Below, one piece after another: positions 12,458 through 26,489 of a DNA stretch of 42,617 nucleotides. Source of the stretch: Octopus sinensis (taxonomy: Eukaryota). The notes under the pieces were generated by a model. The model had not been told where the DNA came from and made no database searches. It saw nothing but the letters and a program-made list of their open reading frames with translations. Location of the stretch: NCBI RefSeq assembly GCF_006345805.1, contig NW_021835070.1, positions 1 through 42,617 on the forward strand. Reading direction: 5' to 3'. The position numbers and the translations under genes were made by a program. Positions within the stretch are counted from its first letter, which is position 1; every line of letters starts with the position of its first letter.

Positions 12458-15400
12458 CTATGTTGGCTGTAGATAGGTATCTTGTATTTGTTGTCCCTTT
12501 AGTATTGTGGATGCAACTGGATTGTCATTGGTATATTCTGTAAAATATCAAATATACAAACACAAATTACATTTCAATATAACAACTCCAATATATAAAG
12601 GTAGAAACATTGATCTTGTATTACACTAAGCATAACATTATATATTGTCCTACAGTAATAAAGGCAATTACATTTATATGTTATGTTTTGATAAAAGTTA
12701 CCTGGTTCTGCAGGTATCTCATCATATGGTTTAGTCTTGCCATTACTCTTGCTAGCTTCTCTGTCCTTTTGGGATGTTAAGGTGTCACTGTTGTAAGACA
12801 TGATGGAACTGGTACGACGTCCTTGACTATGGATTGAATCACATCTCTGTGGATTAGAAAACAAAGCAGGGTGAAACAATATAAAATAAAAGTAGCAATT
12901 GCATCTATATTCTGGAATGTTCCTAGAATGAAAGAACAGATTAAAGCTTTGAATTCAACAAAAATATAATTGAAGATTTTCTTAGTAAATTATAATAAAC
13001 ATTGAGGAGAGAATTAACAAATATATTAGTGCAAAGAAATATTTATAATTGCTTCTCCAAAAAGTAAATTTATGAAATGCCTCACCCGGGGCACTGATAT
13101 TATAGGCGCAGGAGTGGCTGTGTGGTAAGTAGCTTGCTAACCAACCACACGGTTGCGGGTTCAGTCCCACTGCGTGGCATCTTGGGCAAGTGTCTTCTGC
13201 TATAGCCCCGGGCTGACCAATGCCTTGTGAGTGGATTTGGTAGACGGAAACTGAAAGAAGCCTGTCGTATATATGTATATATATGTATATGTGTGTGTGT
13301 TTGTGTGTCTGTGTTTGTCCCCCTAGCATTGCTTGACAACCGATGCTGGTGTGTTTAGGTCCCCGTCACTTAGCGGTTCGGCAAAAAGAGACCGATAGAA
13401 TAAGTACTAAAAGGTGGTGCTCCAGCATGGCCGCAGTCAAATGACTGAAACAAGTAAAAGAGTAAAGAGTAAGAGTATCAATAATCTTTTATAAAGAAGA
13501 TATAAGGAATATGATATGACATGTAAATGAAATAAAATATATAAAACATGTTTTCAGAAATATTGATCACAAATATCTAACAAGAAAATTATTTTAAAAT
13601 ATATTTACCTGAGGCACAGGTGGAAGTCTCCTCTGTGTTGTTGAGAATTTCCACTCATCTGGTGTCTGTTCCATCTCCAGAAAAAACTGACTTTTAGATT
13701 TTATTGTCTGAAGATTTCGGTTAAATATCTCTTCTGCATTTCTCGTTATTGCAACAGGATTGTTAGTCTGATACAGTAATTGTCTCATCTCAGTCTGAGA
13801 GAGAAAGTTGGGATTCTCTGCTGTTGTGGGTGAGTTATTTGTGTGATTAATACATCTGAAAACACACAGTGTTATGGACACTACAATAGCCACAGATAGT
13901 ATTACAGCTGCTGCTACAATGATAATTACCCAAGTCATATTCAGGTCGTGACCAGACTGGAATGGCACAGCAGTCAACATTGGAGATGTATCATTACTAA
14001 CAACAGTGTTAGTATGATAGCAGTTGTTGCTGATTGAACTGGAGTACCACCGTCTTTCACTATAAACTGCAGCTCATATGTTCCTGCATCATTTTGGTAA
14101 ACTGTGCGAGAGAAAGATAACACACCAGTGTGTGAGTTCACTGTAAACAGGTTTTTATCATTGGATCTCAGTATTCCATATGTGAGGAAAGCATTGTTTC
14201 CAGTGTCTTTGTCAGATGCTCTCAGAATTGTGATGTCCTTCTTACTGTGTGGATGGTAGTGGACATCGAGATTGTAAGGGTCATTATTAGGAAACGTAAA
14301 ATACGGAGCATTATCATTTTTATCTAGAATCTCAATAACAATATTGGCAGTGTCATTGAGAGAAGGTGTTCCATTATCTTTCACTAAAACCTTGAACTTA
14401 TAGATGTCTTTCATTTCTCGATCTATTGGTTGTGATGTAGAAATGAATCCATATTTTGTCAGTTGGAAAGGAATGTTATCATTGTTGTTATCATTGATGA
14501 TAGAATATGTAAGTTGGCCTCCATCTCCAAGATCAGGGTCAGTAGCATTGATGAAGCCAATAGGGAAGTCAACTTTCTGGTTTTCATAGGTGAGGAATTG
14601 GAATGCCTCTTTGGTAAAATGTGGTTCTACATCATTGACATCAGTTACTTTGACAGAGAAATATTTTTTACTTTCTAGTTGAGGTGACCCCATGTCATGA
14701 CACACAATAGATACTTTATAGTGGTCCCTTATTTCTCTGTCAAGATGACCCTTAACAATCATTTTATATTCTTTAGAATCTATTTTGGCAAGTTTAAACT
14801 TATCATGTTTTAAATCACAGATAACCTCACCATTAGGTCCATTATCGGTGTCAGTGACCATAACATAAGCTATAAAACTACCAATTTTACTTGCTTCTGA
14901 AACTGCTGCTGAGCTCTCTGATAAAGGAGATACAAAATCTATATTTATCAATGGAGCATTATTCTGGTTATTAATAATGTGAATCTGGACTTTGGTTACA
15001 GAACTTAAATGTGGATTTCCTTCATCCTGTGCTTCAATAAATAATTTATATGATTGCTTTTTACTAAATTGAAAGCTGTCATGTAAAAACAGATCTCCAG
15101 TCTTCTTATTTAATACAAAATATTTCTGGATATTTCGAGAGGTTTTGTGGTTGAAATGGTAAGAAATCTTTCCATTGTCTCCAGAATCTTTATCTGTGGC
15201 CTTTAAAGTAAAAATTGGCAAATGTCTTTGATGTGAATTACTTATAGAGATGTTGTAAAGTTTCTGTGAAAATACAGGTACATTATCATTGACATCTGTC
15301 ACAGATATGTGTACCTTGAGTATAGCTGTTTTGGGAGGGTTTCCTCCATCTTTAGCTTCCAGAGTCAACATATATGAATCTTTGAGTTCCCTGTCTAATT

Positions 15401-16007
15401 TGTCTCCTAAAACTAGAGCTGGTATGAAAACACCATCATATCGCTTTTCAACTGAGAGAGAAAATGGTTCTCTTTTACTTTTCTTAATCATATATGTTAT
15501 TTGTGAATTCTGTATTGAAATATCTTGATCAATGGCATTTAAAAGTGAGATTTTAGTACCTTGAAGGTGACTCTCAAGAAATTCAATTTGAACTTCATTC
15601 TTTGGGAATTCTGGTGAGTGGTCATTGATGTCTTCTATTAATATTTTTATCCTTAGAATCTTCATAAAAGTTTCTTCTTTCCTCACTGCTACTTTGACAA
15701 TTTTGGAACATTCCTTGTTGTATGTACACAGAGACTCAGCATCCAGTGTTTGAGTAGTGTATAGTTTTCCTGAGTTGGTGACATTAAATAAGTGAGAACC
15801 ACTCTCGACTGTCCTTTGTAGTTGTGTAAATGTAATGAGAGTGTGTTGTTGATGTGTGAGAGGGTGTGATAAGTTGGAGTCAACAGCAATGTCTCCTATA
15901 TAGGTGTGAGGTCTGCCTTCTTCCTTGACATAGTATGTAATATCTATGGACAGTACAAGGGTGATCAGTAAATGTAGAAGACACAGTAGACCAATATATG
16001 CTGTCAT
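12458..16007 (-). CDS. Pcdh: Protocadherin gene 2, one 1-bp deletion just before the TM segment as assembled
   Basis: Exons 16007-13609, 12846-12702 and 12537-12458. The 677-aa ORF shifts frame at 14002-14003 (caaca versus caaaca in the paralogs). Confidence 0.92.
13105..13476 (+). mobile_element. Near full-length tRNA-derived SINE in the intron after the large exon of gene 2
   Basis: A-box-like gtggctgtgtgg, B-box-like ggttcagtcc, core-like ttgggcaagtgtctt, internal (TA)/(TG) tract and taaaagag-type tail; absent from the paralogous introns. Confidence 0.8.
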
Positions 16008-16439
16008 GTCTGGAATTCTTCATCACATTTGAGCAAGAGAAATTGCTATAAAGACAACAAAGATATTTAAATGAAATTAAATTTAAAAAACAATAATTTT
16101 TCTAAATGTTATTGCTATTTCTTAATAAAGTCCGGTAGACACAACTGAATAATTTAAAATTAGCTTCTGTGATACAGGTTGGAAGCATTAGAAAGTATAA
16201 TATTGGTTTATGGAAATCAATTGGTTCATGCTGAAAACATTGGTTCATGCTGATCAAAATACGAACTAAACAAAAGGTTAATAATATTCCTTTTATGCCA
16301 GGAATACATCTCTTTATAGAGAAGCACCATGTTGATAGTGACAAAGAACAAGATCAAATGTGTAATGCAACTATACTTAAGAGAAGTACTTCATCATCAC
16401 CAACACCATAGTCGTCATTGTTGGTGGCGGCAGTGGACT

Positions 16440-16640
16440 CATTGTCATCAGCATTATCTAATGTCCATTTTCCATGCTGGCATATATTGGGCAGTTTGAT
16501 AAGATCTGAAGAGTGACAGAGCGGCATCGGGCCCTAATATCACATGGTTTCTATGGCTTGATGCCCTTCTTAATGCTAAATTTTTTATAGTGTATACTGG
16601 ATGCCTTTCCTGATATTGGTACCAGTGACGTTGTTAAGTA
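16440..16640 (-). mobile_element. Degenerate RTE 3' fragment
   Basis: tttccatgctggcat...ggcagtttga...gatgcccttcttaatgc similarity to the 36362 region. Confidence 0.5.
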
Positions 16641-18167
16641 ACTTAAAAAAACAAAGAAAAAAATAAACCTCCTTAATTGAGTAGGAGTGTAGCAAAATTT
16701 AGAAATTAAACAAGATTAGTATTAAAAACTACTCTGATGAAGCAGTGCTAAGGTACAGAGGAAGGCGAGGGGAACAATTAGGTATGATCCACAGATCTAT
16801 TGTTGCAGTTACACCATGTCTCCATCTAGCTGAGAACCAGACTTTGATATGTGATGTAAAGTGATGGTCTGAGCCAATGCAAGAACTTTTATATGGTCAT
16901 TCTGTCTGTGGTAGTAAAAGGCAGCCCAACCTTCAAATCTGATTCTACAGTCTCACAAATAGATGAATATACTTGATAAAGTAATCCTGAATATAATAAA
17001 CCAGAAATGATGACAGAATGTTGACAGCTTGAATAATGCAGACTCTGACAAGGAAATATTAAAACCCTTTAAATTTACATCACAGAGAAAGATTTTAGTC
17101 GTTGGAGATTAATGATATATACAATATGAAAACAACAGCAATTCTACTCTAAGCTGATGGTAGGTCCTAATCAAAAGAGAAGTAAAATATATTGTGAAAT
17201 TAATGAACAGTAGTCTCTCGAGATATTTAATTAATGAAGTTTAGGTTTGCAGAGCGAAAGATTAAGGACATGATAACCTAAATGTACTTTATTGTGTCTT
17301 GTTGGTTGGAATTTCTCTCTTTTGTTACCGTATTTCTGTTGGAATACATTGCTTTTGTTTCGATCAATTTCAAAACTACAGCAAAAATTTAGTAAAATAA
17401 CTTTGTCAAAATGAATCTGGTGATTGGAACACAAATCAAGATGAAATTTGATGGAAAGCTTTAATTTAAAGCACTTTAAGAAGGAAGTTAATATCATAAA
17501 ACCTGGCACAATTGGAGGCAAGTTGGTATCAGAGAGGGTGAAAGACATTTGATAATAATATACCTGTTTCACAGAAATGTAGGATAAGTGTATCTAAGAA
17601 ACCTAATAACCTGGATAGAAGATGTCTTGATTTATTTCACAAATAACTGACAAAGAATAGATTATAAAATTATGTGGAAATATTTTACAAAAATGGGAAT
17701 TATAAAATGGTGGAGTGATATGTTTTTGATGGAAAAATATGTATAATTATCTTCACAAAATATGCAGATAACTTTCTTATCAAATTAATTGTAATAAAAG
17801 TAATTTAATCCCTATTTAATCCATCTCTTGTCAGGATTAATATATTTTAACAACAGATGACAATATCATCAATTTATATCTCCTGACAAATATCTTAAAT
17901 AACAAATCTACACTAAATAATATTTATCAACATCTTTTTTACATAACTTTGGCTTTGTAAATGAACAATCTCATGTGTTTATTTAAATGGTCTACAAATG
18001 CATACAGCGAGTTTCTTTGCTCTAGAAGTCGGAAAGATACTTGGCAGGAAATGGAAATGAAAACTGAAATTAGGACAATACATAATAATATTGATGATGA
18101 TGATGATGATGATAAATATTCTTGATCTATTCTATACAAAAGAATACATAACAGATATTCAAAAGGG

Positions 18168-18211
<44 letters not shown>

Positions 18212-18414
18212 TACGGATAAAGGTGATCTGTTAGAGTTAATTGAAGCTACAGCAAATTAAGATTTAATTAGCGAACTATTACAACAACAAAGATACAAGC
18301 AACATCGATAGACATTATTAACACCTAGTTTCATTGGGTACAAATCAATGTTTTGTGACTTTAAATGATTATATACTTTACACAAATGTATATAATATAT
18401 ATTGTAGCGATACA

Positions 18415-18927
18415 TATGTGATTCTGAGATTAAAAGATGTAATCCAGTTCAAAGTAATTGTATTACTGCAGTTATTGTTGTTAATGGTGGCAGTGATGGC
18501 TAGATCTCTCGATCCTCCACTGTCCCAGTCCCTGTATATATACAACATGGCAGACATTTTAGATATTATCCTTACCCTGTCTTTCATTAGAAACACAAAT
18601 AATATAAATGTTATAATGAATATGAAAAGATAATAAAGAGAAGAAAGGGAGAGAGAGAGACTTACCTGCATTGTTTAATCCTTCACTGTAGTTGTGTGTG
18701 ATGGATGATGTGTATCCTGCTGTAGTGTTCCACTCCAACTGCTGCTACTGCTGCTGTAGTGGTATTATAGTGGTACTGCTGCTGTTGTAGTAGTGTTCCT
18801 GTGTTACTGCTGCTGCTGCTGCTGTTCCTGTGTAACTGCTGATATAATAGTGTGACAGTTGCTGTATGTAGTGGGAGGTGAGATGTTAGCCAGATGCTGG
18901 TGTGTGCTAGTTACAACTCTATGTCCT

Positions 18928-18960
<33 letters not shown>

Positions 18961-19086
18961 TGTGTGTATGATGAACAAAGAAAAAAGCTATCAGCCTCAC
19001 TTTCAATATTGAAAGAAATATAGAAAATCTCTCTCATCCAATAGGAAATTACTGCAATGTGGTCTGTGTCACACAAACACATCAAA
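18415..19086 (-). promoter_or_regulatory. Promoter / leader cassette copy C (gene 2)
   Basis: CCAAT at 19038-19042; donor after 18666; acceptor ctttatag before 16045. Confidence 0.7.
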
Positions 19087-19727
19087 TAAAAGAATTCATA
19101 TTACACTGAAGCAGCTTGATAATTTACAGGGGTATAATTAGTAATATGACTTTATTATATATTTAGTCTTAGTAAAAAGGAATTTCTATTAAAAAATTTA
19201 TAATTTTATAATTATATTTCTTAGTATCATGCAAGTTGTGAGATGACAATTCAGTAATTTCTATGAAAAAAATTTGACTAAACTTTCAAGGGAAAATAGA
19301 GAATGTTTTATCAATGTGAGGGATAAATTACTTCTTGAGTTGATACAATGAGAAAAAGCTAAGAGAAAAGTTGTAAATAAAGGTAAAACAAATGAAAGTA
19401 CATTTTAGAATTGGTGTCAAATGAAAACAACATAATTAAACTTCCGAGGATGACTCAGACTAATTTATCTATGCTTAGTGAAATGTCTATACTAAAACTG
19501 ACGGGAAAATAACTATAATAATTAACTATGGTAATGTAGAGTTGGGTGTTTGTAACAATTAATTTACCACAGATGGAAATTAGGGGTCATAAGAGATGCC
19601 GCTGTAAGGCCCCTTACGTGTGTGATGGATGAAAGAAACATAGAGTTGATATTTTTATATGAATATAAAGTATTGTATAAGATTTGGTGTGAGAGGGAAT
19701 CATTTAACAATAGTCATGGAACATCTA

Positions 19728-22700
19728 CTATGTTGGCTGTAGATAGGTATCTTGTATTTGTTGTCCCTTTAGTATTGTGGCTGCCACTGGATTGTCATTG
19801 GTATATTCTGCAAAATATCAAATATACAAACACAAATTACATTTCAATATAACAACTCCAATATATAAAGATAGAAACATTGATCTTGTATTACACTAAG
19901 CATAACATTATATATTGTCCTACAGTAATAAAGGCAATTACATTTATATGTTATGTTTTGATAAAAGTTACCTGGTTCTGCAGGTATCTCATCATATGGT
20001 TTAGTCTTGCCATTACTCTTGCTAGCTTCTCTGTCCTTTTGGGATGTTAAGGTGTCACTGTTGTAAGACATAATGGAACTGGTGCGACGTTCTTGACTAT
20101 GGATTGAGTCACATCTCTGTTGATTAGAAAACAGAGTGAAACATAATGTTAAAAAGAGAAAAACATCTACATTTGCATTCTAGTATATTCCCTGTGTTAT
20201 AGAAAAAAGGAACATTTTATTTTTCAAAATAAAAAATATTATAATTAAATATTTTCTTATTTAATTAAAATGCATTAGAGTCAAAAATAAATCATAACAA
20301 ATGTATAGGTTAGATATTAATGCACAAATTTTAAATATATCTATTTGGTTAAGTATAAAATGAAGAAAAAATCATTGAATCTTTCACAAAATAAATGCAG
20401 TATATTTTTGTAATAAATCACTTAAATGTACAAAATACACGAAATAGAATATAATATGTAACAAATACAAGGTTCGGCTGAACACTTCGTAGGCTCAACA
20501 AGATCCTCACATAGAATGTGACCAAACAAGGTTTATTTTGCAACATAATCACAGAAAAAGGGATCTTGCATTAATACAGAGTTAGATCACTCCTAATAAA
20601 ACAGTCTTTATATTAAGAGTATTGTATTTCTATAATAGGCATTGTGACCGCTTTGCTATCACTAAATAAAGAATAATTAATTCAGAATGTCAAAATAAAC
20701 TATGACATTTGATTATTAAAAACAATACATGTACATTAGAATCTAAAGTTGATATTTTATAGAAATATTTGAACATACATCACTAATGGAAAGAATACTC
20801 TTGTATTTAAAATCATAAGGATATCAAAAACAAGATAATATTTACCTGAGGCACAGGTGGAAGTCTCCTTTGTGTTGTTGAGAATTTCCACTCATCTGGT
20901 GTCTGTTCCATCTCCAGAAAAAACTGACTTTTAGATTTTATTGTCTGAAGATTTCGGTTAAATATCTCTTCTGCATTTCTCGTTATTGCAACAGGATTGT
21001 TAGTCTGATACAGTAATTGTCTCATCTCAGTCTGAGAGAGAAAGTTGGGATTCTCTGCTGTTGTGGGTGAGTTATTCGTGTGATTAATACATCTGAAAAC
21101 ACACAGTGTTATGGACACTACAATAGCCACAGATAGTATTACAGCTGCTGCTACAATGATAATTACCCAAGTCATATTCAGGTCGTGACCAGACTGGAAT
21201 GGCACAGCAGTCAACATTGGAGATGTATCATTACTAACAAACAGTGTTAGTATGATAGCAGTTGTTGCTGATTGAACTGGAGTACCACCGTCTTTCACTA
21301 TAAACTGCAGCTCATATGTTCCTGCATCATTTTGGTAAACTGTGCGAGAGAAAGATAACACACCAGTGTGTGAGTTCACTGTAAACAGGTTTTTATCATT
21401 GGATCTCAGTATTCCATATGTGAGGAAAGCATTGTTTCCAGTGTCTTTGTCAGATGCTCTCAGAATTGTGATGTCCTTCTTACTGTGTGGATGGTAGTGG
21501 ACATCGAGATTGTAAGGGTCATTATTAGGAAACGTAAAATACGGAGCATTATCATTTTTATCTAGAATCTCAATAACAATATTGGCAGTGTCATTGAGAG
21601 AAGGTGTTCCATTATCTTTCACTAAAACGTTGAACTTATAGATATCTTTCATTTCTCGATCTATTGATTGTGATGTAGAAATGAATCCATATTTGGTCAG
21701 TTGGAAAGGAATGTTATCATTGTTGTTATCATTGATGATAGAATATGTAAGTTGGCCTCCATCTCCAAGATCAGGGTCTGTAGCATTGATGAAGCCAATA
21801 GGGAAGTCAACTTTCTGGTTTTCGTAGGTGAGGAATTGGAATGTCTCTTTGGTAAAATGTGGTTCTACATCATTGACATCAGTTACTTTGACAGAGAAAT
21901 ATTTTTTACTTTCTAGTTGAGGTGACCCCATGTCATGACACACAATAGATACTTTATAGTGGTCCCTTATTTCTCTGTCAAGATGGCCCTTAACAATCAT
22001 TTTATATTCTTTAGAATCTATTTTGGCAAGTTTAAATTTATCATGTTTTAAATCACAGATAACCTCACCATTAGGTCCACTATCAGTGTCAGTGACCATA
22101 ACATAAGCTATAAAACTACCAATTTTACTTGCTTCAGAAACTGCTGCTGAACTCTCTGTTAAAGGAGATACAAAATCTATATTTATCAATGGAGCAGTAT
22201 TCTGGTTATTAATAATGTGAATCTGGACTTTGGTTAAAGAACTTAAGGGTGGATTTCCTCCATCTCGTGCTTCAATAAATAATTTATAAGACTGCATTTT
22301 AGTAAACTGAAAATTGTCATGTAAAAACAAATCTCCAGTGTTCTTATCTAAAACAAAATATTTCTGGATATTTCGAGATGTTTTATGGTTGAAATGATAA
22401 GAAATCTTTCCATTGTCTCCAGAATCTTGATCTGAAGCTTTTAAAGTAAGAATTGGTAAATGTCTTTGATGTGAATTACTTATAGAGATGTTGTAGATTT
22501 CCTGTGGAAATACAGGTGTATTATCATTAACATCTGTTACAGATATGTGTACTTTGAGTGAAGCTGTTTTTGGTGGGTTCCCTCCATCTTTAGCTTCTAG
22601 TATCAACATATAATAGTCATTGAGTTCCCTGTCTAATCTATCTTCTAGAATTAGCGCAGGTATGAAAATACCCTTCTGTTTTGTGACAGAGAGAGAAAAT

Positions 22701-23242
22701 GGTTCGCTTTTACTTTTTTTAATTATATATGTAATTTGAGAATTTTTGATTGAAATATCTTTATCAATTGCATTCAGAAGAGGGATTTTGCTTCCTTTAC
22801 TCTCTCTTTCTGAAAAATGAATCTTAACTTCATTTTGTGGAAATTCTGGAGAATGGTCATTGATGTCTTCTATTAATATTTTTATTTTGAGAATTTTCAT
22901 AAATGCTTCTTCTTTCCTCACTGCTACTTTAACTATTCTGGAACATTCCCTGTTGTATGTACACAGAGACTCAGCATCCAGTGTTTGAGTAGTGTATAGT
23001 TTTCCTGAGTTGGTGACATTAAATAAGTGAGAACCACTCTCGACTGTCCTTTGTAGTTGTGTAAATGTAATGAGAGTGTGTTGTTGATGTGTGAGAGGGT
23101 GTGATAAGTTAGAGTCAACAGCAATGTCTCCTATATAGGTGTGAAGTCTGTCTTCTTCATTGACATGGTATATAATATCTATGGACAGTACAAGGGTGAT
23201 CAGTAAATGTAGAAGACACAGTAGACCAATATATGCTGTCAT
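19728..23242 (-). CDS. Pcdh: Protocadherin gene 3, intact, 873 aa predicted
   Basis: Exons 23242-20846 (2397 nt), 20116-19972 (145 nt) and 19807-19728 (80 nt). Signal peptide, six EC repeats, TM WVIIIVAAAVILSVAIVVSITLCVF, C-terminus ...DTYLQPT*. Confidence 0.95.
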
Positions 23243-24940
23243 GTCTGGGATTCTTCATCACATTTCAGCAGGAGAAATTGCTATAAAAGACAACAAATAT
23301 TTAAACATTAAGTACAATAAAATAAGTTCATTTGAAGTTATAATAACCATTATATAAATGATTATTGATTGTATGTCTTTTACATGTGCTCTAAATAATT
23401 CAAAATGTTTCTTTTAATCTAACAAGCTAAGTGACAATATATAGATGATGCCGCTTCTTTGGAAAAAGGCAACAACCTTTCTGTGTTTAGAATTGCATTT
23501 AGAATGTTTTGGCATGACAAGTTTCATAATTTACTATTGAGAGAGTACTTAGAAAGGGACAACGTCTTGATATTGATTTCTAATTATGGCACAAGGCTAG
23601 CAGTTTTGGGGGAGGGGTTAAGTTGCTTACATCGATCCCAGTGCTCACCTGGTACTTATTTTATTAACCCCAAAAGGATGAAAGGCAAAGTCAAACCTGG
23701 TGGAATTTGAACTCAGAATGTAAAGGCAGACGAAATACTGCTGAGCAGTTTGCTTGGTAAGATAATAATTCTAGCAGCATATTGCCTCACAGTAGATTGA
23801 TACTGAAATATCACATCTTTGTTGACTCCATGAGTATCTGATGAGGATATTTCATTGAGATATTTTGTAACAAATGTTTAATCTTGTTCAGGCTCCATGT
23901 CTTCCTTAGAAACGATTTCAAAACAGACACGGAGCCTGAACAGCCTTTCAGCTGGTCAGTTCCTACCAGACCATCCAACCCATACTAGCATGAAAAATGG
24001 ACATCAAATGATGATGACAATGGTGATTAGATGTAATCAATTTACAGTTAGATATTTAGAATTTAATCCACACTGTAGTTATATGTTGGAATATTAACTG
24101 ATAATGCTGTTAATGATTCTATTTTTGGTTGAAAGAATAAATGTAATGCAAAACATATCTTTATATTGTAGAAGTGTATGTAATACCTCTCTGTAGAAAT
24201 ATGAAGCCAAGTTCCATTCCTCAATACACACACCAATATAAACACCTTCAGGCACACATATATATTACAAGCAAGCAAAACAGTCAATATTCTTCTGGAT
24301 AGGTAACAACACTGGGTGGACAAAGTAAACATATTGGAGGTAGACAAAAGGATAGATAAAGAAACTGAGGCAGTCAGAGAAGATACCAGAACAATTACAA
24401 TTAGACTTGTCATAGACAACATGACTGCAGCCATTATCTCTTCACTTAAACTGCAAACAAGAGGAACAGATGAACAACAGGATTGTTTCAAAAAACTCTC
24501 TTATGGATCATCATGATAACAAAATAAAAATAAGAAAACAGTGGAAATTTTACCGGTGAGTGTGTTACATTATAAGGCACAAAAAGAAAATGATTCTCCC
24601 CAAAATGAGTTTATATTTCACACAAAATATTTTGAATAAAAAAGCTAGACAAGATTATATTTATCATCCATTGTAATGATAATGGTGACGAGGAACATTC
24701 TTTGCTTATTATGCACAAATGAATATATAATGTATATATATATATATATATATAGGGATATTACTAATGTTAGAATTCATAAATTATTAACACTGTCTTA
24801 TTGGCTATAATCAATGTTTTTTGATAGTTAAATAAATGCACACACACACATACACGCACACACATATATCAGTTTGGACTATATTAAACAATTCTATATA
24901 AGATATATAGTTTAATATCCTTTGTATAATGTTGTCTTAT
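22826..24940. repeat. Near-identical duplicated or converted segment, copy 1
   Basis: Matches 29009-31120 at an offset of about 6183, including intron sequence and embedded SINE and RTE remnants. Confidence 0.9.
23585..23788 (-). mobile_element. tRNA-derived SINE
   Basis: Family core; duplicated at 29768-29971. Confidence 0.7.
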
Positions 24941-25590
24941 GTGATTTTGATATTAAAAGGTGTAATCCAGATTGAAGTAATTGTATTACAATGACTACTG
25001 CAGCTGTTGTTAATGGTGGAAGTGATGGCTAGATCTCTCGATCCTCCACTGTCCCAGTCCCTGTATATATACAACATGGCAGACATTTTAGATATTATCC
25101 TTACCCTGTCTTTCACTAGAAACACAAATAATATAAATGTTATAATGAATATGAAAAGATAATAAAGAGAAAGAGAGAGAGAGAGAGACTTACCTGCATT
25201 GTTTAATCCTTCACTGTAGTTGTGTGTGATGGATGATGTGTATCCTGCTGTAGTGTTCCACTCCAACTGCTGCTGCTGCTGTAGTGGTATTATAGTGGTA
25301 CTGCTGCTGTTGTAGTAGTGTTCCTGTGTTACTGCTGCTGCTGTTCCTGTGTAACTGCTGATATAATAGTGTGACAGTTGCTGTATGTAGTGGGAGGTGA
25401 GATGTTAGCCAGATGCTGGTGTGTGCTAGTTACAACCCTATGTCCTCCACACACACACACACAATTGTGTGTATGATGAACAAAGAAAAAAGCTATCAGC
25501 CTCACTTTCAATATTGAAAGAAATATAGAAAATCTCTCTCATCCAATAGGAAATTACTGCAATGTTGTCTGTGTCACACAAACACATCAA
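24930..25590 (-). promoter_or_regulatory. Promoter / leader cassette copy D (gene 3)
   Basis: CCAAT at 25543-25547; donor after 25194; acceptor ttttatag before 23280. Confidence 0.7.
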
Positions 25591-26489
25591 ACAAGAGAAG
25601 TCATATTAATGACCCAAAGCAGCATCACTTTTTCTTTTTAATAAAAACTCTACATTACATATTTAATGTTAGGAAATAAGACTTATATATATTTATAATA
25701 ATATTTCTGGATATTTGATGGATTATTATTAACTTGACTATAAGAATACATATTCGAGATTTCTATTAGAAACAAATTGATTTCATGGTAAGTCATCAAA
25801 CATAATTATTTAAGAAGTTTACATGATTAGTCAAACTAGAAACAAAGTAAATTAGGAGAAGCAAAACTATTTCCATTTTAAAAAGACACATGATTTTCCA
25901 ATATGTTTTATGTCTTATTTCATAAAATATATAACATTTAAATCTTAACACTTCAAAAAACTTTATAAATATGTCGGTAAGTTTAGTATATTAACAATAT
26001 AGGTAACAACACTTTATTGAATGTTGTGGGAATCAACACTTATCCATTAATGCTGGTATTGATCAATGAAATTTAAAATACATTGAACATAAAGTGGTGT
26101 GAACAAAAGACGAAATGCAAATAAAATAAAACAATGGTAAAAGTGAGTATGATAATGTTAAATGGTAGAATTCATATCAAACTAAAATTCTATAACTAAA
26201 CTTCTGAGAATGATTCAGATTAAGTTGTGTATGTTTAGTGAAATGTATATACTAAGACTGAGAGGAAAACAACTATTTTGTAATAATGAACGTTGGTAAT
26301 GCAGAATAAGTTGTTTGTGGTATTTAACGTATCAGTGCTGCAAATTAGGGGTCATAATAGATGCCACTGTAAGGCCCTTATGTGTGATGTGTGAAAGAAA
26401 CATAGAGTTGATATTTTTATAGGAATATAAAGTATTGTATAAGATTTGGTGTGTGAGAGAATCATTTAACAATAGTCATAGAACATCTA

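Noticed and set aside
13105-13180. tRNA gene
   Set aside because: The A/B boxes run into a SINE body and simple-repeat tail, and no full cloverleaf is evident.
24063-24516. ORF pair repeated at 30246-30764
   Set aside because: Lies in the duplicated intron, has no recognisable domain, and an indel changes the ORF ends between copies.
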